Positions 30,501 through 40,450 of a stretch of 64,000 bases of DNA are shown piece by piece; the stretch's first letter is position 1, and each line of letters opens with the position of its first letter. A program made the translations under genes and the position numbers. Origin of the DNA: an uncultured Acidobacteriota bacterium (GTDB taxonomy: Bacteria; Acidobacteriota; Thermoanaerobaculia; Gp7-AA8); assembly GCA_963741955.1 (NCBI GenBank), contig CAVUKB010000007.1, forward strand, positions 1,056,001 to 1,120,000. Direction: 5' to 3'. The notes below the pieces were generated by a model, which saw only the letters and a list, made by a program, of their open reading frames with translations, was not told the origin of the DNA and did no database searches.

Positions 30501-32767
30501 TCACGCCGTTCGCGAACGATTCGGTCACCGATCCGACCGCCGAGGCGATCTTCGTCCGAGACGAAGAGAGCGGCAGCGTCTGGGGCGGCACGCCCGCGCC
30601 GATCAAGCGCACGCGACGTTCTCCGCGATGGGTGGTGCGTCACGGGGCAGGCGTGACGCGGTTCTCCCGAGCTGCGCACGGCATCGCACAGGAGCTCGCG
30701 ATCTTCGTGGCGCAGAACGAATCGGCGAAGTTGTCCATGTTGACTTTGACGAATCGTTCCGACCGGCCGCGGCGGCTCACCCTCTTCGCATACAACGAAT
30801 GGCTGCTCGGTCCACCGATCGCGGGTGGCTCCAGATTCGTGGCGACTGAACTCGACGGCGAGACAGGCGCGGTCCTGGCGCGCAACCTGTACAGTCGGGA
30901 GCGGGAACGCGTCGCGTTCGCCGCCACGAGTGAACCGCTCGTTTCCGCCACTGGAGACCGTCTCGAGTTTCTCGGCCGAAATGGATCGCTTTCGCGCGCG
31001 GCCGCATTCGACCGCCCGCTGCTCGCGAAGCGGTTTGGCGCCGGACTCGATCCGTGTGCGGCCCTGCAGACAGTCGTGAACCTCGCGCCAGGCGCAACGC
31101 GACGGGTCGTGTTCCTCCTCGGAGAGGGAAAAGACGTCGCGGAGGCGCGCCAGCTCGTGCGGCGGTTTGCCGATCCGGACGCAGCCGCCGCCGAGCTCGC
31201 CCGTGTCGAAACATTCTGGGAGGAGACACTGGGCGCCGTGCGCGTCACAACCCCGGACGACTCCTTCGATTTCCTGATGAACAGATGGCTGCTCTACCAG
31301 GACCTCGTGTGCCGCGTCTGGGCGCGCTCCGGCTACTACCAGGCGAGCGGCGCCTACGGCTTCCGCGACCAGATCCAGGATGTACTCGCGCTTATGTTCA
31401 CGCGGCCGGATCTGACGCGTGAGCACCTCTCGAGAGCGGCGGCGCGCCAGTTCGTCGAGGGAGACGTCCAGCACTGGTGGAACGTGCCGGGAGGGGAGGG
31501 CATCCGCACGCGTTGCTCGGACGACCTTCTGTGGCTTCCCTACGCGGTCGCAGAGTACGTCGAGTCGACCGGTGATCGCACGCTGCTCGATGAGAGGGTG
31601 GCATTTCTGGAGGCGCCTCCTGTCCCGCCAGGGGAGCCCGAGGCATATGGAATCCCGGACATCTCCGACCAGACGGGGACGATACTGGAGCACTGCACCA
31701 GGGCAGTGGATCGGGCGATCACGGTGGGTGCGCACGGCCTACCGCTCATCGGGAGCTGCGACTGGAACGATGGCCTCAACAACGTCGGCCCCGAAGGTCG
31801 GGGGGAGAGCATCTTCAACGGCTGGTTCCTCTGCACCGTCATGGCAGCGTTGGCACCCCTCTGTGAGGAACGGGGTGATGCGCCGAGAGCAGCGCGCTAC
31901 CGTGCGGAGCGCGAGCGTCTGGCAATCATGCTCGAGCAAAGCTGGGATGGCGAATGGTACAGGCGCGCGTACTTCGACGACGGCACACCACTCGGGTCGA
32001 CGCAGAACGACGAGGGAAGGATCGATTCACTCGCCCAGAGCTGGGCCGTGCTCTCGGGCGTTGCGCCGAGAAATCACGCCGAGCGCGCCATGAGCGCCGT
32101 CCGAGCGCAACTCGTGCGGCGCGGATCGGGCGTGATCCTCCTCCTCGCACCTCCCTTCGATCACACCTCTCTCGAACCGGGATACATCAAGGGCTACATC
32201 CCCGGGATCCGCGAGAACGGAGGGCAGTACACGCATGCAGCGGCGTGGGTCGTCCTCGCGCTCACGCGACTCGGCAGTGGCGACGAGGCGGTGGAACTGT
32301 TCCACATGCTCAATCCCATCAACCATACGCGAACTGCAAGCCAGCTCGAGCAGTATATGACCGAGCCGTATGCGGTCGCCGGAGACGTCTACAATCATCC
32401 GGCGCACGCCGGCCGCGGCGGTTGGACCTGGTACACCGGATCGGCCGGGTGGATGTATCGGGTCGGACTGGAAGGCATCCTCGGACTTCGGCGCCGTGGC
32501 GCATTCTTCGTTCTGAATCCGTGCATCCCCTCTTCGTGGCCCGCCTATTCCGTCGACTGGCGTTTCGGCAGGACGCACTACATCATCGAGGTCGAGAACC
32601 CGGAGCGGCTCTGTGGCGGCATTGCGAGTGTGAATCTCGATGGAGCGCCCGTCGACCCGGCGGCGATCCCTCTCGAAGACGATGGGGGCGCTCATCGTGT
32701 GAGTGTCGTGCTTGGCGCGGTCCCGCCACGTTCGCTCCGTCCTGCGCGGTCAAACAGGACACGATGA
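24563..32767 (+). CDS. ndvB: Cyclic beta-1,2-glucan synthase (NdvB/ChvB/Cgs type: GT84 + glucoamylase-like + GH94 phosphorylase)
   Basis: ~2730 aa. [96 protein letters not shown]. Start is CTG 24563 (SD-supported) or TTG 24593. Confidence 0.92.
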   Translation: MFGRRSRERTLPLGGELLSPEGLEERAKTLAATFILAPASRRVRHDVLPRLEENIRALRAAYRSLADDVHLGVAIPPAAEWLLDNFHLIEAETVAVRHDLPIRYYRMLPKLAARELAGLARIHAMALELIRHGDGRLDLERLTRFVTAFQTVAPLTMGELWAWPSMLKLALIENLRLLTDGFVEGRAARLAADDALSRMEKDDLPVSLPDPLPDAFVARLRQRMREYDPRVSPLVAAVDVALAARGTTPEDAVRRENQRHATDQVSTSNVVTSLRSCATLDWSRFVELVSPVEEILRRDPAGVYPRMDFQSRDRYRHAVEELAGRTGEAQVRVAVRAVEVARLAAEQKGIDEKASHVGYYLTGPGRRGFEADVAYRPTVGARLRRFAFAHTTAGYFGAIALVTGLCVLAAYAYGRASGLATAAALLALIPASELAVLIVQRIVAALVPPRRLPRLDFSEGIPDSARTIVVVPVLLGSVEEVEQILSHLEVQALGNIDPRIHFGILSDLKDAATLSVSGDDEILAAAVSGIEALNRRHVPNGNDRFYLFHRDREWNAKQNVFMGRERKRGKLELLNRLLRSSSDTGFSVRVGDLSILPSVRYVITLDADTRLPREAARVLIGIAAHPLNRPVVDPVLRRVTEGYGILQPRVSVNLASAGRSLFARVYSGHTGVDPYTTAVSDTYQDLFGEGSFTGKGLYDVDAFHETVDWRVPDDALLSHDLFEGLHARTALVSDVEVVDDYPANVLAHARRQHRWVRGDWQILAWLFRLVPTAGGLAKNRLPFISQWKIIDNLRRSLVAPSLLAFFAAAWTFLPGRPIVWTLGGLTVVAFPFIASVFQLLERRPAHEPVRVHLRGVVEDLTTAFAQALLSVVFLAFRAWNEVNAIVLTLVRLAVTHRHLLEWETAASQGARTAGLLREGIRSFFMEMVTSPITAVALLAVASVVRPGALSVALPFIVLWAVAPACAYYLSRSVVPRGRELSLEDSELLTEVAKKTWQYFEIFAGPDDHWLPPDNFQEEREPAVAHRTSPTNIGLGLLSILAAHDLGLIPADAMVERLDRTLTTVESLERHEGHLLNWYDTLNLSPLLPRYVSTVDSGNLAGALVALAEGCRQLAALEPDLAPRLFDLANRASALADGMDFTLLYDRRRQLFSIGYRMADAGGPGRADGSYYDLLASEARLASFFAIAKGDVPQGHWFHLGRLVVSVDGVPTLVSWSASMFEYLMPLLLMKTYPATLLDQSCRMVVRKQIRYGRHRHVPWGVSESAYDVVDVAGNYQYKAFGVPGLGLKRELAAELVVAPYATALAALLDPAEAARNLRHLTHEKAAGPFGFYDAIDYTTRKPDEHGNSASTHAGPGVVVKTLMAHHQGMTLIAIANVLRSDVMVERFHADPRIQATELLLQERVPREAPVVSAVHPAEETRTEQTSPVRAPRRVRSPHTPYPRAQLLSNGSYVAIVTNGGGGSSFCRDRAVTRWREDRTRDPGSQFIYLRDVHTGAVWSATYQPTRREPDSYLVEFFSEKATFERRDYEIATRLEVAVSPGDDAEVRRISVTNQSGRPRELELTSYVEIGLDSLAADVANPAFGKLFIETEWIADNTALLARRRPRGQHDTGAVGFHVLSIHGPTQAQVEWETDRMRFLGRGRGPDDPLAMDGRALSGTTGAVLDPILSLRTRLRLAPGGFARVSFTTGLAVDEPAARACVRKYHDHGVTNRAFALAFTQAQMSMRHLGVSIEQVQIFEELGSRIFFSDASLRADGETLRKNSLGQDGLWRHGISGDLPIVLVRVQKPRDLELVRQVLTAHEHWRLKGLSAEVVILNEHAASYREETNEALTQLIDGGPWNAWKGKPGGVFLLQSETMTDAETILLSVVARAVLSGELGTLGQQLDHPEPDPPLPLNRVPVDEIPAAALPEAAPSPPPLFLENGLGGFARDGREYVVVLEGERETPLPWINILANPRFGSIVTTSGASHTWSENSRENRLTPFANDSVTDPTAEAIFVRDEESGSVWGGTPAPIKRTRRSPRWVVRHGAGVTRFSRAAHGIAQELAIFVAQNESAKLSMLTLTNRSDRPRRLTLFAYNEWLLGPPIAGGSRFVATELDGETGAVLARNLYSRERERVAFAATSEPLVSATGDRLEFLGRNGSLSRAAAFDRPLLAKRFGAGLDPCAALQTVVNLAPGATRRVVFLLGEGKDVAEARQLVRRFADPDAAAAELARVETFWEETLGAVRVTTPDDSFDFLMNRWLLYQDLVCRVWARSGYYQASGAYGFRDQIQDVLALMFTRPDLTREHLSRAAARQFVEGDVQHWWNVPGGEGIRTRCSDDLLWLPYAVAEYVESTGDRTLLDERVAFLEAPPVPPGEPEAYGIPDISDQTGTILEHCTRAVDRAITVGAHGLPLIGSCDWNDGLNNVGPEGRGESIFNGWFLCTVMAALAPLCEERGDAPRAARYRAERERLAIMLEQSWDGEWYRRAYFDDGTPLGSTQNDEGRIDSLAQSWAVLSGVAPRNHAERAMSAVRAQLVRRGSGVILLLAPPFDHTSLEPGYIKGYIPGIRENGGQYTHAAAWVVLALTRLGSGDEAVELFHMLNPINHTRTASQLEQYMTEPYAVAGDVYNHPAHAGRGGWTWYTGSAGWMYRVGLEGILGLRRRGAFFVLNPCIPSSWPAYSVDWRFGRTHYIIEVENPERLCGGIASVNLDGAPVDPAAIPLEDDGGAHRVSVVLGAVPPRSLRPARSNRTR

Positions 32768-32826
32768 GCGAACGCGGGAGACATTCCTACTGTGCAGAGC
32801 GGGATCACGGCGAGGTCGTCGGCACT

Positions 32827-34239
32827 TCACCTGGTGGCCGCTTCGAGCACCGGGTTGTACCAGCCGCCGTCCGCCGCGATCAGCGCGTCTGCCTCCTTTG
32901 GCCCCCAACTGCCTGGTTTGTAGGGGCGCACGGCCGAATGGGTCTTCAGGACTCGATCGACCGCTGCCCACGCGGCCTCGACGGCGTCCTCGCGGGTGAA
33001 GAGCGCTCCATCACCGGCCATGGCGTCGGTGAGGAGCCGTTCGTACGGCGCTTCCTCTCCCGCCTGATGATCGACGAGGTAGAGCTCCCGCTGGTCGCCG
33101 ACGAATTCTTTGCCGACCCTCTTGACGCGTGCGGCGAGAGCGACGGCGGAGTTCGGAGAGATCCGGAATCGCAGATAGTTGGCCCGGCCGTCGGTCGGCG
33201 CGGAATCGTTGAAGAGGCGTTGCGGCGGAGGCTTCAGCTGGACGACGACCTCGGCGGCCGTCTCGGGCAACAGCTTCCCGGAGCGCAGATACCACGGCAC
33301 GCCCTCCCACCGCCACGAGTCGATGAAGAGCCGCACGGCGCAGAAGGTCTCCACGTCGGAGTCTTTTGCCACGTCCGGCTCCTTGCGGTACCCCGTGTAC
33401 TGGCCTCGGACCATGTCGGCGCTCCTGAGCGGCCGCATGGCCTGGAACACCGCGGCCTTCTCGCTCTGGACGGCACCGAAGCCCTGATACGCCGGCGGCT
33501 CCATGGCCATGAGGGCGACGATCTGGAAGAGGTGATTCTGAATCACGTCGCGCAGGCAGCCGGCCGTCTCGTAGAACGCCCCGCGGCCGTTCACTCCGAA
33601 CTTCTCGGCGAGGGTGATCTGGATGCTGGCGACGAAGTTGCGGTTCCATATGGGCTCGAGGAAGGAATTCGCGAATCGGAAGTAGAGGATGTTCATGATC
33701 GCTTCCTTCCCGAGGAAGTGATCGATGCGAAAGATCGAGTTCTCAGGAAATGCTTTGTGCGCGGTCTCGTTGAGCTTGCGCGCGGAAGCAAGGTCGCGGC
33801 CGAACGGCTTCTCGACGATGACGCGTGCGTGGTCCGCCAGACCCGCGGCGCCGAGCCCTTCGATCACCGTCCCGAAGAGCGACGGCGGAATCGCGAGATA
33901 GTGGGCCGGGCGACGGGCGCGACCCAGCGCCTCTTTGATCGCCGCGAACGTCGCCTGGTCGTTGTAATCCCCGCTCACGTACCGGAGCAGCGACAGAAGA
34001 TGGTGGAGCGCAGCCGGGTCATCGATCCCACCCGCTTTCTTCACGCTGTCCGTGACGCGCTTGTGCAGTCGCTCCTGACTCCACTTCGGGAAGGCGACAC
34101 CGATCACCGGAACCTCGAGGACGCCCCGCTTGACCATCGCATAGAGTGCAGGGAAGATCATCTTGTGGGCGAGATCGCCCGTCACGCCGAAGAGCACCAG
34201 CGCGTCGGACGGTTTCGTGCTGCCAGCAGTGCTTGCCAT
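32827..34239 (-). CDS. zwf: Glucose-6-phosphate 1-dehydrogenase
   Basis: [43 protein letters not shown]. Confidence 0.95.
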   Translation of the reverse strand: MASTAGSTKPSDALVLFGVTGDLAHKMIFPALYAMVKRGVLEVPVIGVAFPKWSQERLHKRVTDSVKKAGGIDDPAALHHLLSLLRYVSGDYNDQATFAAIKEALGRARRPAHYLAIPPSLFGTVIEGLGAAGLADHARVIVEKPFGRDLASARKLNETAHKAFPENSIFRIDHFLGKEAIMNILYFRFANSFLEPIWNRNFVASIQITLAEKFGVNGRGAFYETAGCLRDVIQNHLFQIVALMAMEPPAYQGFGAVQSEKAAVFQAMRPLRSADMVRGQYTGYRKEPDVAKDSDVETFCAVRLFIDSWRWEGVPWYLRSGKLLPETAAEVVVQLKPPPQRLFNDSAPTDGRANYLRFRISPNSAVALAARVKRVGKEFVGDQRELYLVDHQAGEEAPYERLLTDAMAGDGALFTREDAVEAAWAAVDRVLKTHSAVRPYKPGSWGPKEADALIAADGGWYNPVLEAATR

Positions 34240-34271
34240 CTCAGCGGCCTCCTGCGGTCTCTGGCAACGAC

Positions 34272-34970
34272 TCACGTTGCCGATTCTTCCGGGTGAGCGG
34301 CGACATCTGCCGCACCGGTCGTTTCGAAGATGCTTTTTACTCCTGCTGCATTCTCCGCCATCCCGCAGGCGATGAGGAGGAGCTTGTCCAACCTGAGCGC
34401 CGTCTCGTAGCGCACGATGCTGTCCTTCGGGATCCCGATGGCGTACATTCCGGCCCCTAATGCGCTCAGGCCACCTCCCACCGCGGTGCTCTCCAGCGCC
34501 CCGACGATCCAGCCGACGAGTGGGCCGATTACGATGAGTGGACCGATGCCTTCGATGAGGAACATGGCCGACCCGAACATCAACTCCGCGTGCCCGCCGC
34601 GGAAAGTCCCGAGGCTGCCCCAGACCTGCATCCGGTCACCGTTGTTGTCGTAACCGACCACCTGCTCCTCAGTATGATAGTCCTTTCCCACGATCGAAAG
34701 CGTCCTCATGTCGACCCCGGATCGCCGGAGCTCCTCGATGCCCGCTTCTGCTTCGGTGTGGGAGTTGTAGATACCCGCTACTACCGCGTCGCTCTCAGCC
34801 ACGGCTCTGCTTCCCGCCGGACGGGTTGCAGCGACTTCGGTCGTCGTGATCGCACCCGCGACATACGCTGCAAGGCGTTTACCGTGATGCAGCTCGAGCA
34901 GAAAAGGAGAGCAATGGGTCTCCGACGCGGACCGGCCATATTGCAGTTCGGGCAGGACATAGTTCTTCAT
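34272..34970 (-). CDS. General-stress (YflT/DUF1269-like) membrane protein with an N-terminal SOD-like remnant; possibly decaying
   Basis: [20 protein letters not shown] and [29 protein letters not shown] motifs. First ~42 aa resemble the Fe/Mn SOD N-terminus. Confidence 0.65.
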   Translation of the reverse strand: MKNYVLPELQYGRSASETHCSPFLLELHHGKRLAAYVAGAITTTEVAATRPAGSRAVAESDAVVAGIYNSHTEAEAGIEELRRSGVDMRTLSIVGKDYHTEEQVVGYDNNGDRMQVWGSLGTFRGGHAELMFGSAMFLIEGIGPLIVIGPLVGWIVGALESTAVGGGLSALGAGMYAIGIPKDSIVRYETALRLDKLLLIACGMAENAAGVKSIFETTGAADVAAHPEESAT

Positions 34971-35026
34971 GATGAACTCACCCCGAGTCGAGTTGTGTTC
35001 ACCTCCCGGATCGAGTGGTCGACCGG

Positions 35027-35587
35027 TCAGACGGCTTCACGCAGGGTGGAATCCTGCTCGCTGACGAGCTCCTCGAAAAGCGACCGGTAATGAATCATCG
35101 CCTGACGAAGGTCTTCCGTCCCTGCCTGCCCATTCGTCTGGCGAACGGCGATCTCGTGGGCGGCTCGATAGTTCGTCATGACGTTCGGGTGGTCCACGGA
35201 AATGTCGGCAGCGCGTTGTTCGAAGTCACTCATCGGATATCCGCGCACGGACATCACGTCGCGAAGCAGCTGGTCGGCTTCCGCCACCGCTCCGCCGGGA
35301 GTGTCCACGAACCGCGCCTGAACAGAGTGCCACGAAGTTTCGAAGCGCGTCCGATCCGCTGGTGTGAGCGGCTGGACCTTGAAGCCCTCGACTCGCTCCG
35401 CTCGCTTGTCGAGCTCGGTCTCACCCTTCCGCTGGTTGCCGCCTTCTTTCACGGCGCGGTCGTATTCGGTGCCGCCGAACTGGCTGCGCAGCCTTCCGGT
35501 CCGGCGCGTTCGGAGAAGAACCGCCGCTGCCAGGCCCACGGCCAGAATCACAATGGCGACGACCAATATCAATGTTGTTATACTCAT
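35027..35587 (-). CDS. Hypothetical membrane-anchored protein
   Basis: N-terminal TM, LRSQFG.EYDRAV, RFVDTP..AV.EAD.L, TEDLRQAMIHYRSLFEEL. GGAGG SD. Confidence 0.8.
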   Translation of the reverse strand: MSITTLILVVAIVILAVGLAAAVLLRTRRTGRLRSQFGGTEYDRAVKEGGNQRKGETELDKRAERVEGFKVQPLTPADRTRFETSWHSVQARFVDTPGGAVAEADQLLRDVMSVRGYPMSDFEQRAADISVDHPNVMTNYRAAHEIAVRQTNGQAGTEDLRQAMIHYRSLFEELVSEQDSTLREAV

Positions 35588-35673
35588 CTGCGGCCTCCGG
35601 TTCCAGGACGATTTCGTCGGGATGTATTCTCCCGATCGCCGCTTTGTTTTTTGTCCACGGTTCGTCTCTCGTC

Positions 35674-35749
35674 ATTCGACTCCAGTGTCACTCGATCCGG
35701 AAGCGCACTTTCTACCCGCCTGCGACGCCGAGAGATGGGTAGGAACTAC
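35674..35749 (-). promoter_or_regulatory. Regulon promoter P4
   Basis: GTAGTTCCTAC, +34 GTAGAAAGTGCGC-TTCCGG-N17-TCGAAT. Confidence 0.72.
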
Positions 35750-36056
35750 CCGTCGATTCATTCAGGCTCGGACCGACGGTTCGCGCGTCCGACGGATCCT
35801 CTCTCCGTAACGCCCATCGGACGGTCGGAGAGCCCTGATTCCCGGGAACCCGGCGCTCTCGAATTTGAAGTACGACACTGCGGGTCCATCGGGAATGGAA
35901 CGGGACTCGTTCGCACGGACGGTGGATCTCGAGCGAAGAGTCGCCCTTCCGGGTTGGTGGTCGCGGAGGATCTGGACCTCTCGAATTCATGAATAGCATA
36001 TTGTTCACGGACCAGCGTCGGAGGCGAGATCGGGGATGGTTTCTACCGCGCAGACT

Positions 36057-36243
36057 CCCGGCCCGCATTTCTCGCACCGTCTCGACGCGAGGAGGCGGAG
36101 AGCGGCTTGGATGCAAGGCGCGCGCAGCTTCGGCGACGAAGGCATAGTGGTGACTACGTTGAGGAGCCGAAGATGTGCGCCACGTAGGAGACAGGTCGCT
36201 ATCCGTCTCCGCAGCAGAGACGATGTGAGGAATGCGGGCTGGC
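36057..36243. repeat. MITE-like element (family 2); partial inverted copy at ~49950-50057
   Basis: Ends CCGGCCCGCATTTCTCGCAC / GTGAGGAATGCGGGCTGG. Core GGCTTGGATGCAAGGCGCGCG..GAAGGCATAGTGGTGAC is shared with 49950-50057. Confidence 0.7.
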
Positions 36244-36244
36244 A

Positions 36245-36319
36245 GTAGTTTCTACCTGCTTCGCGCTCTCCTTCCGGGTAGTAAGTGCGCTTCCCGGTCC
36301 ACGGGTCGAGCGATAGGTT
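36245..36319 (+). promoter_or_regulatory. Regulon promoter P5 (ackA-xfp-ATPase operon)
   Basis: GTAGTTTCTAC, +33 GTAGTAAGTGCGC-TTCCCG-N17-TAGGTT. Confidence 0.75.
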
Positions 36320-36328
36320 GAGGTCACT

Positions 36329-37540
36329 TTGAGCGAAGGACGTGACTGCAATCGGGCGCGCATCCTGACGATCAACGGCGGTTCGTCGAGCATCAGGTTT
36401 GCGCTGTTCGAGACCGGCGACTCGCTTCGAAGAATCCTCTGGGGCGCCGTCGAGCGGATCGGACTTCCGGACGCGACTCTACGGGTGAAAGGCGTCGACG
36501 AGTCGGATGACGTCGTGCGCCCGGTGAAGGCGCCGGACCACTCGCTTGCCGTCGACGCGGTGATGGATTGGATCGGTGAGCGCACCGGGAGTCATCCGCT
36601 GACCGCCGTGGGGCATCGCGTGGTGCATGGCGGACCGAAGTACAGCGAACCGCAACGGATCACCGCGGAAATGGTCGAGGATCTCCGCGGGCTCAGTCCA
36701 TTCGACCCGGAGCATCTTCCGGAGGAGATCCTCCTCACCGAAGCATTCCATCGCCGATTCCCCGACCTCGCCCAGGTGGCGTGCTTCGACACGGCGTTTC
36801 ATCACGACCTGCCGCGCGTGGCCCGCTTGTTGCCGATCCCGCGCCGCTACGAGGCGCAGGGAGTACGGCGGTACGGGTTTCACGGTCTGTCGTACACGTT
36901 CCTGATGGAGGAGCTGGCCCGCCTCGCCGGAACGGGTCTCGCAGGCGCAGGAGGCCGGGTCATTCTCGCTCACCTGGGGAATGGCTCGAGTCTGGCCGCG
37001 GTGCGCGACGGAAAACCCGTCGACACGAGCATGGGACTCACCCCGGCATCCGGCGTGCCGATGAGTACCCGTTCCGGCGACATCGATCCGGGACTGGTCT
37101 GGTATCTGGGACGCACCGAAGAGAAGACCGCGAAAGAGTTCAACCAGATGGTGAACTTCGAGTCGGGGCTCCTCGGCGTCTCCGAGACCAGCTCGGACAT
37201 GCGCGACCTCCTCGATCGGGAGCCGCACGACGTGCGAGCGGCCGAAGCGATTTCGCTGTTCTGCTACCAGGTGAAGAAATGGATCGGCTCTTTCGCCGCG
37301 GCCCTCGGTGGAGTGGACACGCTCGTCTTCGCGGGAGGCATGGGTGAGAACGCGGCAACCGTCCGTGCACGGATCTGCGAAGGGCTCGCGTTCCTGGGTA
37401 TCGCCATCGATGAGCAGCGCAACGCGGAACATGCACCGCTCATCTCGCCGGACGAGGCCAGCGTCGCGGTCCGCGTCATTCACACCGACGAAGAGCTCGT
37501 GATCGCCCGCTCGGTCGTCCACGTTCTCGATCTCGGTTGA
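36329..37540 (+). CDS. ackA: Acetate kinase
   Basis: ILTINGGSSSIRF, VGHRVVHGG, FDTAFH, RRYGFHGLSY, AHLGNGSS, TRSGDIDP, TDEELVIA. Confidence 0.95.
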   Translation: MSEGRDCNRARILTINGGSSSIRFALFETGDSLRRILWGAVERIGLPDATLRVKGVDESDDVVRPVKAPDHSLAVDAVMDWIGERTGSHPLTAVGHRVVHGGPKYSEPQRITAEMVEDLRGLSPFDPEHLPEEILLTEAFHRRFPDLAQVACFDTAFHHDLPRVARLLPIPRRYEAQGVRRYGFHGLSYTFLMEELARLAGTGLAGAGGRVILAHLGNGSSLAAVRDGKPVDTSMGLTPASGVPMSTRSGDIDPGLVWYLGRTEEKTAKEFNQMVNFESGLLGVSETSSDMRDLLDREPHDVRAAEAISLFCYQVKKWIGSFAAALGGVDTLVFAGGMGENAATVRARICEGLAFLGIAIDEQRNAEHAPLISPDEASVAVRVIHTDEELVIARSVVHVLDLG

Positions 37541-37558
37541 ACAAGGAAGACATAGCCT

Positions 37559-39919
37559 ATGAATACCACAACGCTCACGCCCGATCTGCTCCACAAGATG
37601 GATGCGTACTGGCGCGCCGCCAACTATCTGTCAGTGGGCCAGATCTTTCTCTACGACAATCCTTTGCTGAAACGCCCGCTCACCATCGCTGACGTCAAGC
37701 ACATGCTGCTGGGGCACTGGGGCACGACGCCCGGGCAGAACTTCATCTACGTGCACCTGAACCGGGTCATCAGGAAATACGACCTCGACATGATCTACGT
37801 CTCCGGCCCCGGGCACGGCGGACCTGCCGTCGTCGGCAACACGTATCTCGAGGGAACGTACAGCGAGATCTATCCCGACATCAGCCGGGACGAAGGGGGC
37901 CTCAGGAAGCTCTTCAAACAATTCTCGTTTCCCGGCGGGATTCCGAGTCACGCGTCGCCGGAGTGCCCGGGCTCGATCCACGAGGGGGGTGAGCTCGGTT
38001 ATTCGCTCAGCCATTCGTTCGGGGCGGTCTTCGACAATCCCGATCTCGTCGTCGCGTGCGTCGTCGGCGATGGCGAGGCGGAAACGGGGCCGCTTGCCAC
38101 GGCATGGCATTCGACCAAGTTTCTCGATCCAGCCACCGACGGTGCGGTGCTGCCGATCCTGCATCTCAACGGCTACAAGATCTCCAATCCGACGATCCCC
38201 GCTCGAATCACCCGCGAAGAACTGGAGGAGTTGCTTCGCGGCTACGGGTGGGTACCGCACTTCGTCGAGGGTCACGACCCATTGCTGATGCACGAGGCGA
38301 TGGCTACGACGCTCGACGCGGTGGTGGAAGAGATTCAAGACATCCAGCAGCACGCCCGCGTCCACGGCGACCTCACCCGTCCGCGCTGGCCGATGATCGT
38401 ACTGAATTCACCGAAGGGGTGGACGGGGCCGAAGATCGTCGATGGCCTGCAGGTCGAAGGAACTTTCCGTGCACATCAGGTTCCGCTCCATCCGCACGCG
38501 AATCCGGAGCACCTCCGGCTGCTCGAAGAGTGGCTCCGGAGTTACCGCCCGGAGGAGCTCTTCGACGAGCGGGGGCGACTCCAGCCGGAGCTGGCCGAGC
38601 TCGCACCCACCGGCGAGAGACGTATGGGAGCGAATCCCCACGCGAACGGTGGCATTCTGCTCCGCGACCTCCGGATGCCCGACTTCCGTGACTATGGGGT
38701 CGACGTGCCCGAGCCCGGGATCCTCGGGATCGGTGACACTCACGTTCTCGGACGATTCCTGCGTGATGTCGCGAAGTTGAACGGCGAACAACGCAACTTC
38801 CGCATATTCGGTCCGGACGAGACGCTCTCCAACGGTCTGGAGGCTCTCTTCGACGTGACCGAACGTCAATGGGACGCGGCGACCGTACCGAACGACGAGT
38901 TTCTCGCCCCCACCGGACGCGTGATGGAGATGCTCAGCGAGCATCAGTGCGAAGGGTGGCTGGAGGGATATCTCCTCACTGGCCGGCACGGGCTCTTCAA
39001 CTGCTACGAGGCGTTCATCCACATCGTCGACTCGATGTTCAACCAGCACGCCAAGTGGTTGAAGGTCACAGCAGACCTGCCATGGCGGAGAAAGATCGCA
39101 TCGCTGAACTACCTGCTGGCATCGCACGTCTGGCGCCAGGATCACAACGGCTTCACACATCAGGATCCCGGTTTCATCGACCACGTCGTGAACAAGAAAG
39201 CCGAGATCGTCCGCGTCTACCTTCCGCCGGATGCGAACTGTCTTCTGTCGGTGATGGACCACTGCCTGCGCAGTCGTCATTACGTCAACGTCGTCGTCGC
39301 GGGCAAGCACCCCGCGCCGCAGTGGCTGACGATGAACGCCGCCGTCAAGCATTGCGCCGAAGGCATCGGAATCTGGCAGTGGGCGAGCAACGACGATGGC
39401 GTGTCGCCCGATGTGGTCATGGCCTGCTGCGGTGACGTGCCGACGCTGGAGACGCTCGCCGCCGTCTCGATCATGCGCGAGAAACTGCCCGAGCTGCACA
39501 TCCGAGTCGTCAATGTCGTCGACCTCATGAAGCTGCAGCCGCGGACCGAGCATCCGCACGGACTGAGCGATACGGATTTCGATGAGCTCTTCACGAAAGA
39601 CAAGCCGGTGATCTTCGCCTTTCACGGCTACCCGTGGCTGATCCACCGGTTGACATATCGCCGCACGAACCACGACAACATTCACGTCCGGGGTTACAAA
39701 GAGGAAGGCACGATCACCACGCCGTTCGACATGACGGTGTTGAACGATCTGGATCGCTTCCACCTCGTGATGGATACGATCGATCGTCTTCCTCGAACTG
39801 GTGCAAAGGGCATTTATCTCAAGCAGCAGCTTCAGGACAAGCTGATCGAGCACAAGCAGTACATCGACGAGAACGGTCGCGACATGCCGGAGATCCGGAA
39901 CTGGAAATGGAGCGGATGA
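37559..39919 (+). CDS. xfp: Xylulose-5-P/fructose-6-P phosphoketolase
   Basis: [67 protein letters not shown]. Confidence 0.96.
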   Translation: MNTTTLTPDLLHKMDAYWRAANYLSVGQIFLYDNPLLKRPLTIADVKHMLLGHWGTTPGQNFIYVHLNRVIRKYDLDMIYVSGPGHGGPAVVGNTYLEGTYSEIYPDISRDEGGLRKLFKQFSFPGGIPSHASPECPGSIHEGGELGYSLSHSFGAVFDNPDLVVACVVGDGEAETGPLATAWHSTKFLDPATDGAVLPILHLNGYKISNPTIPARITREELEELLRGYGWVPHFVEGHDPLLMHEAMATTLDAVVEEIQDIQQHARVHGDLTRPRWPMIVLNSPKGWTGPKIVDGLQVEGTFRAHQVPLHPHANPEHLRLLEEWLRSYRPEELFDERGRLQPELAELAPTGERRMGANPHANGGILLRDLRMPDFRDYGVDVPEPGILGIGDTHVLGRFLRDVAKLNGEQRNFRIFGPDETLSNGLEALFDVTERQWDAATVPNDEFLAPTGRVMEMLSEHQCEGWLEGYLLTGRHGLFNCYEAFIHIVDSMFNQHAKWLKVTADLPWRRKIASLNYLLASHVWRQDHNGFTHQDPGFIDHVVNKKAEIVRVYLPPDANCLLSVMDHCLRSRHYVNVVVAGKHPAPQWLTMNAAVKHCAEGIGIWQWASNDDGVSPDVVMACCGDVPTLETLAAVSIMREKLPELHIRVVNVVDLMKLQPRTEHPHGLSDTDFDELFTKDKPVIFAFHGYPWLIHRLTYRRTNHDNIHVRGYKEEGTITTPFDMTVLNDLDRFHLVMDTIDRLPRTGAKGIYLKQQLQDKLIEHKQYIDENGRDMPEIRNWKWSG

Positions 39920-39982
39920 CACTCTGAAGCTGAGTCCGTGCGCCAGATCGTCACGACCCGAAACGAATCAAAGGAGCGAGCG

Positions 39983-40345
39983 ATGCCGATTCGAATCAAC
40001 GAAGAAGAAGGCGGGAAGGTAGTCGTCGTCCACGTCAGCGGCAAGTTGGAAAAGGCGGATTACGAACGCTTCATGCCCGAGTTCGCGCGACTGGTCCGCG
40101 AGCATGGAAAATTGCGCGTGCTGTTCGACATGAGCGGCTTCCATGGCTGGGAGGTCAGCGCCGCATGGGAGGATTTCAAGTTCGGTGTCGAGCACTTCGC
40201 CGACATCGAGCGGCTCGCGATGGTCGGTGAAACGAAGTGGCAGAAGGGGATGGCGACATTCTGCAAGCCCTTCACGAAAGCTGCCGTCCGATACTTCGAT
40301 CACGCCGATTACGCGAACGCGAGGACGTGGCTGGACGAAGGGTAA
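39983..40345 (+). CDS. SpoIIAA-like (STAS/SEC14) protein
   Basis: VSGKL..ADY, KLRVLFDMSGFHGWE..AWED, IERLAMVG, VRYF..A..WL. AAGGAG SD. Confidence 0.85.
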   Translation: MPIRINEEEGGKVVVVHVSGKLEKADYERFMPEFARLVREHGKLRVLFDMSGFHGWEVSAAWEDFKFGVEHFADIERLAMVGETKWQKGMATFCKPFTKAAVRYFDHADYANARTWLDEG

Positions 40346-40450
40346 CGGCTTCGATCACTCGCGACACGAAGGTAACGCCGCGGCGCCACCGACGTGATCG
40401 TCGCGCATCTCACCGACCGCGATATCGCGAAGACGGCACGGAGGTCCATC

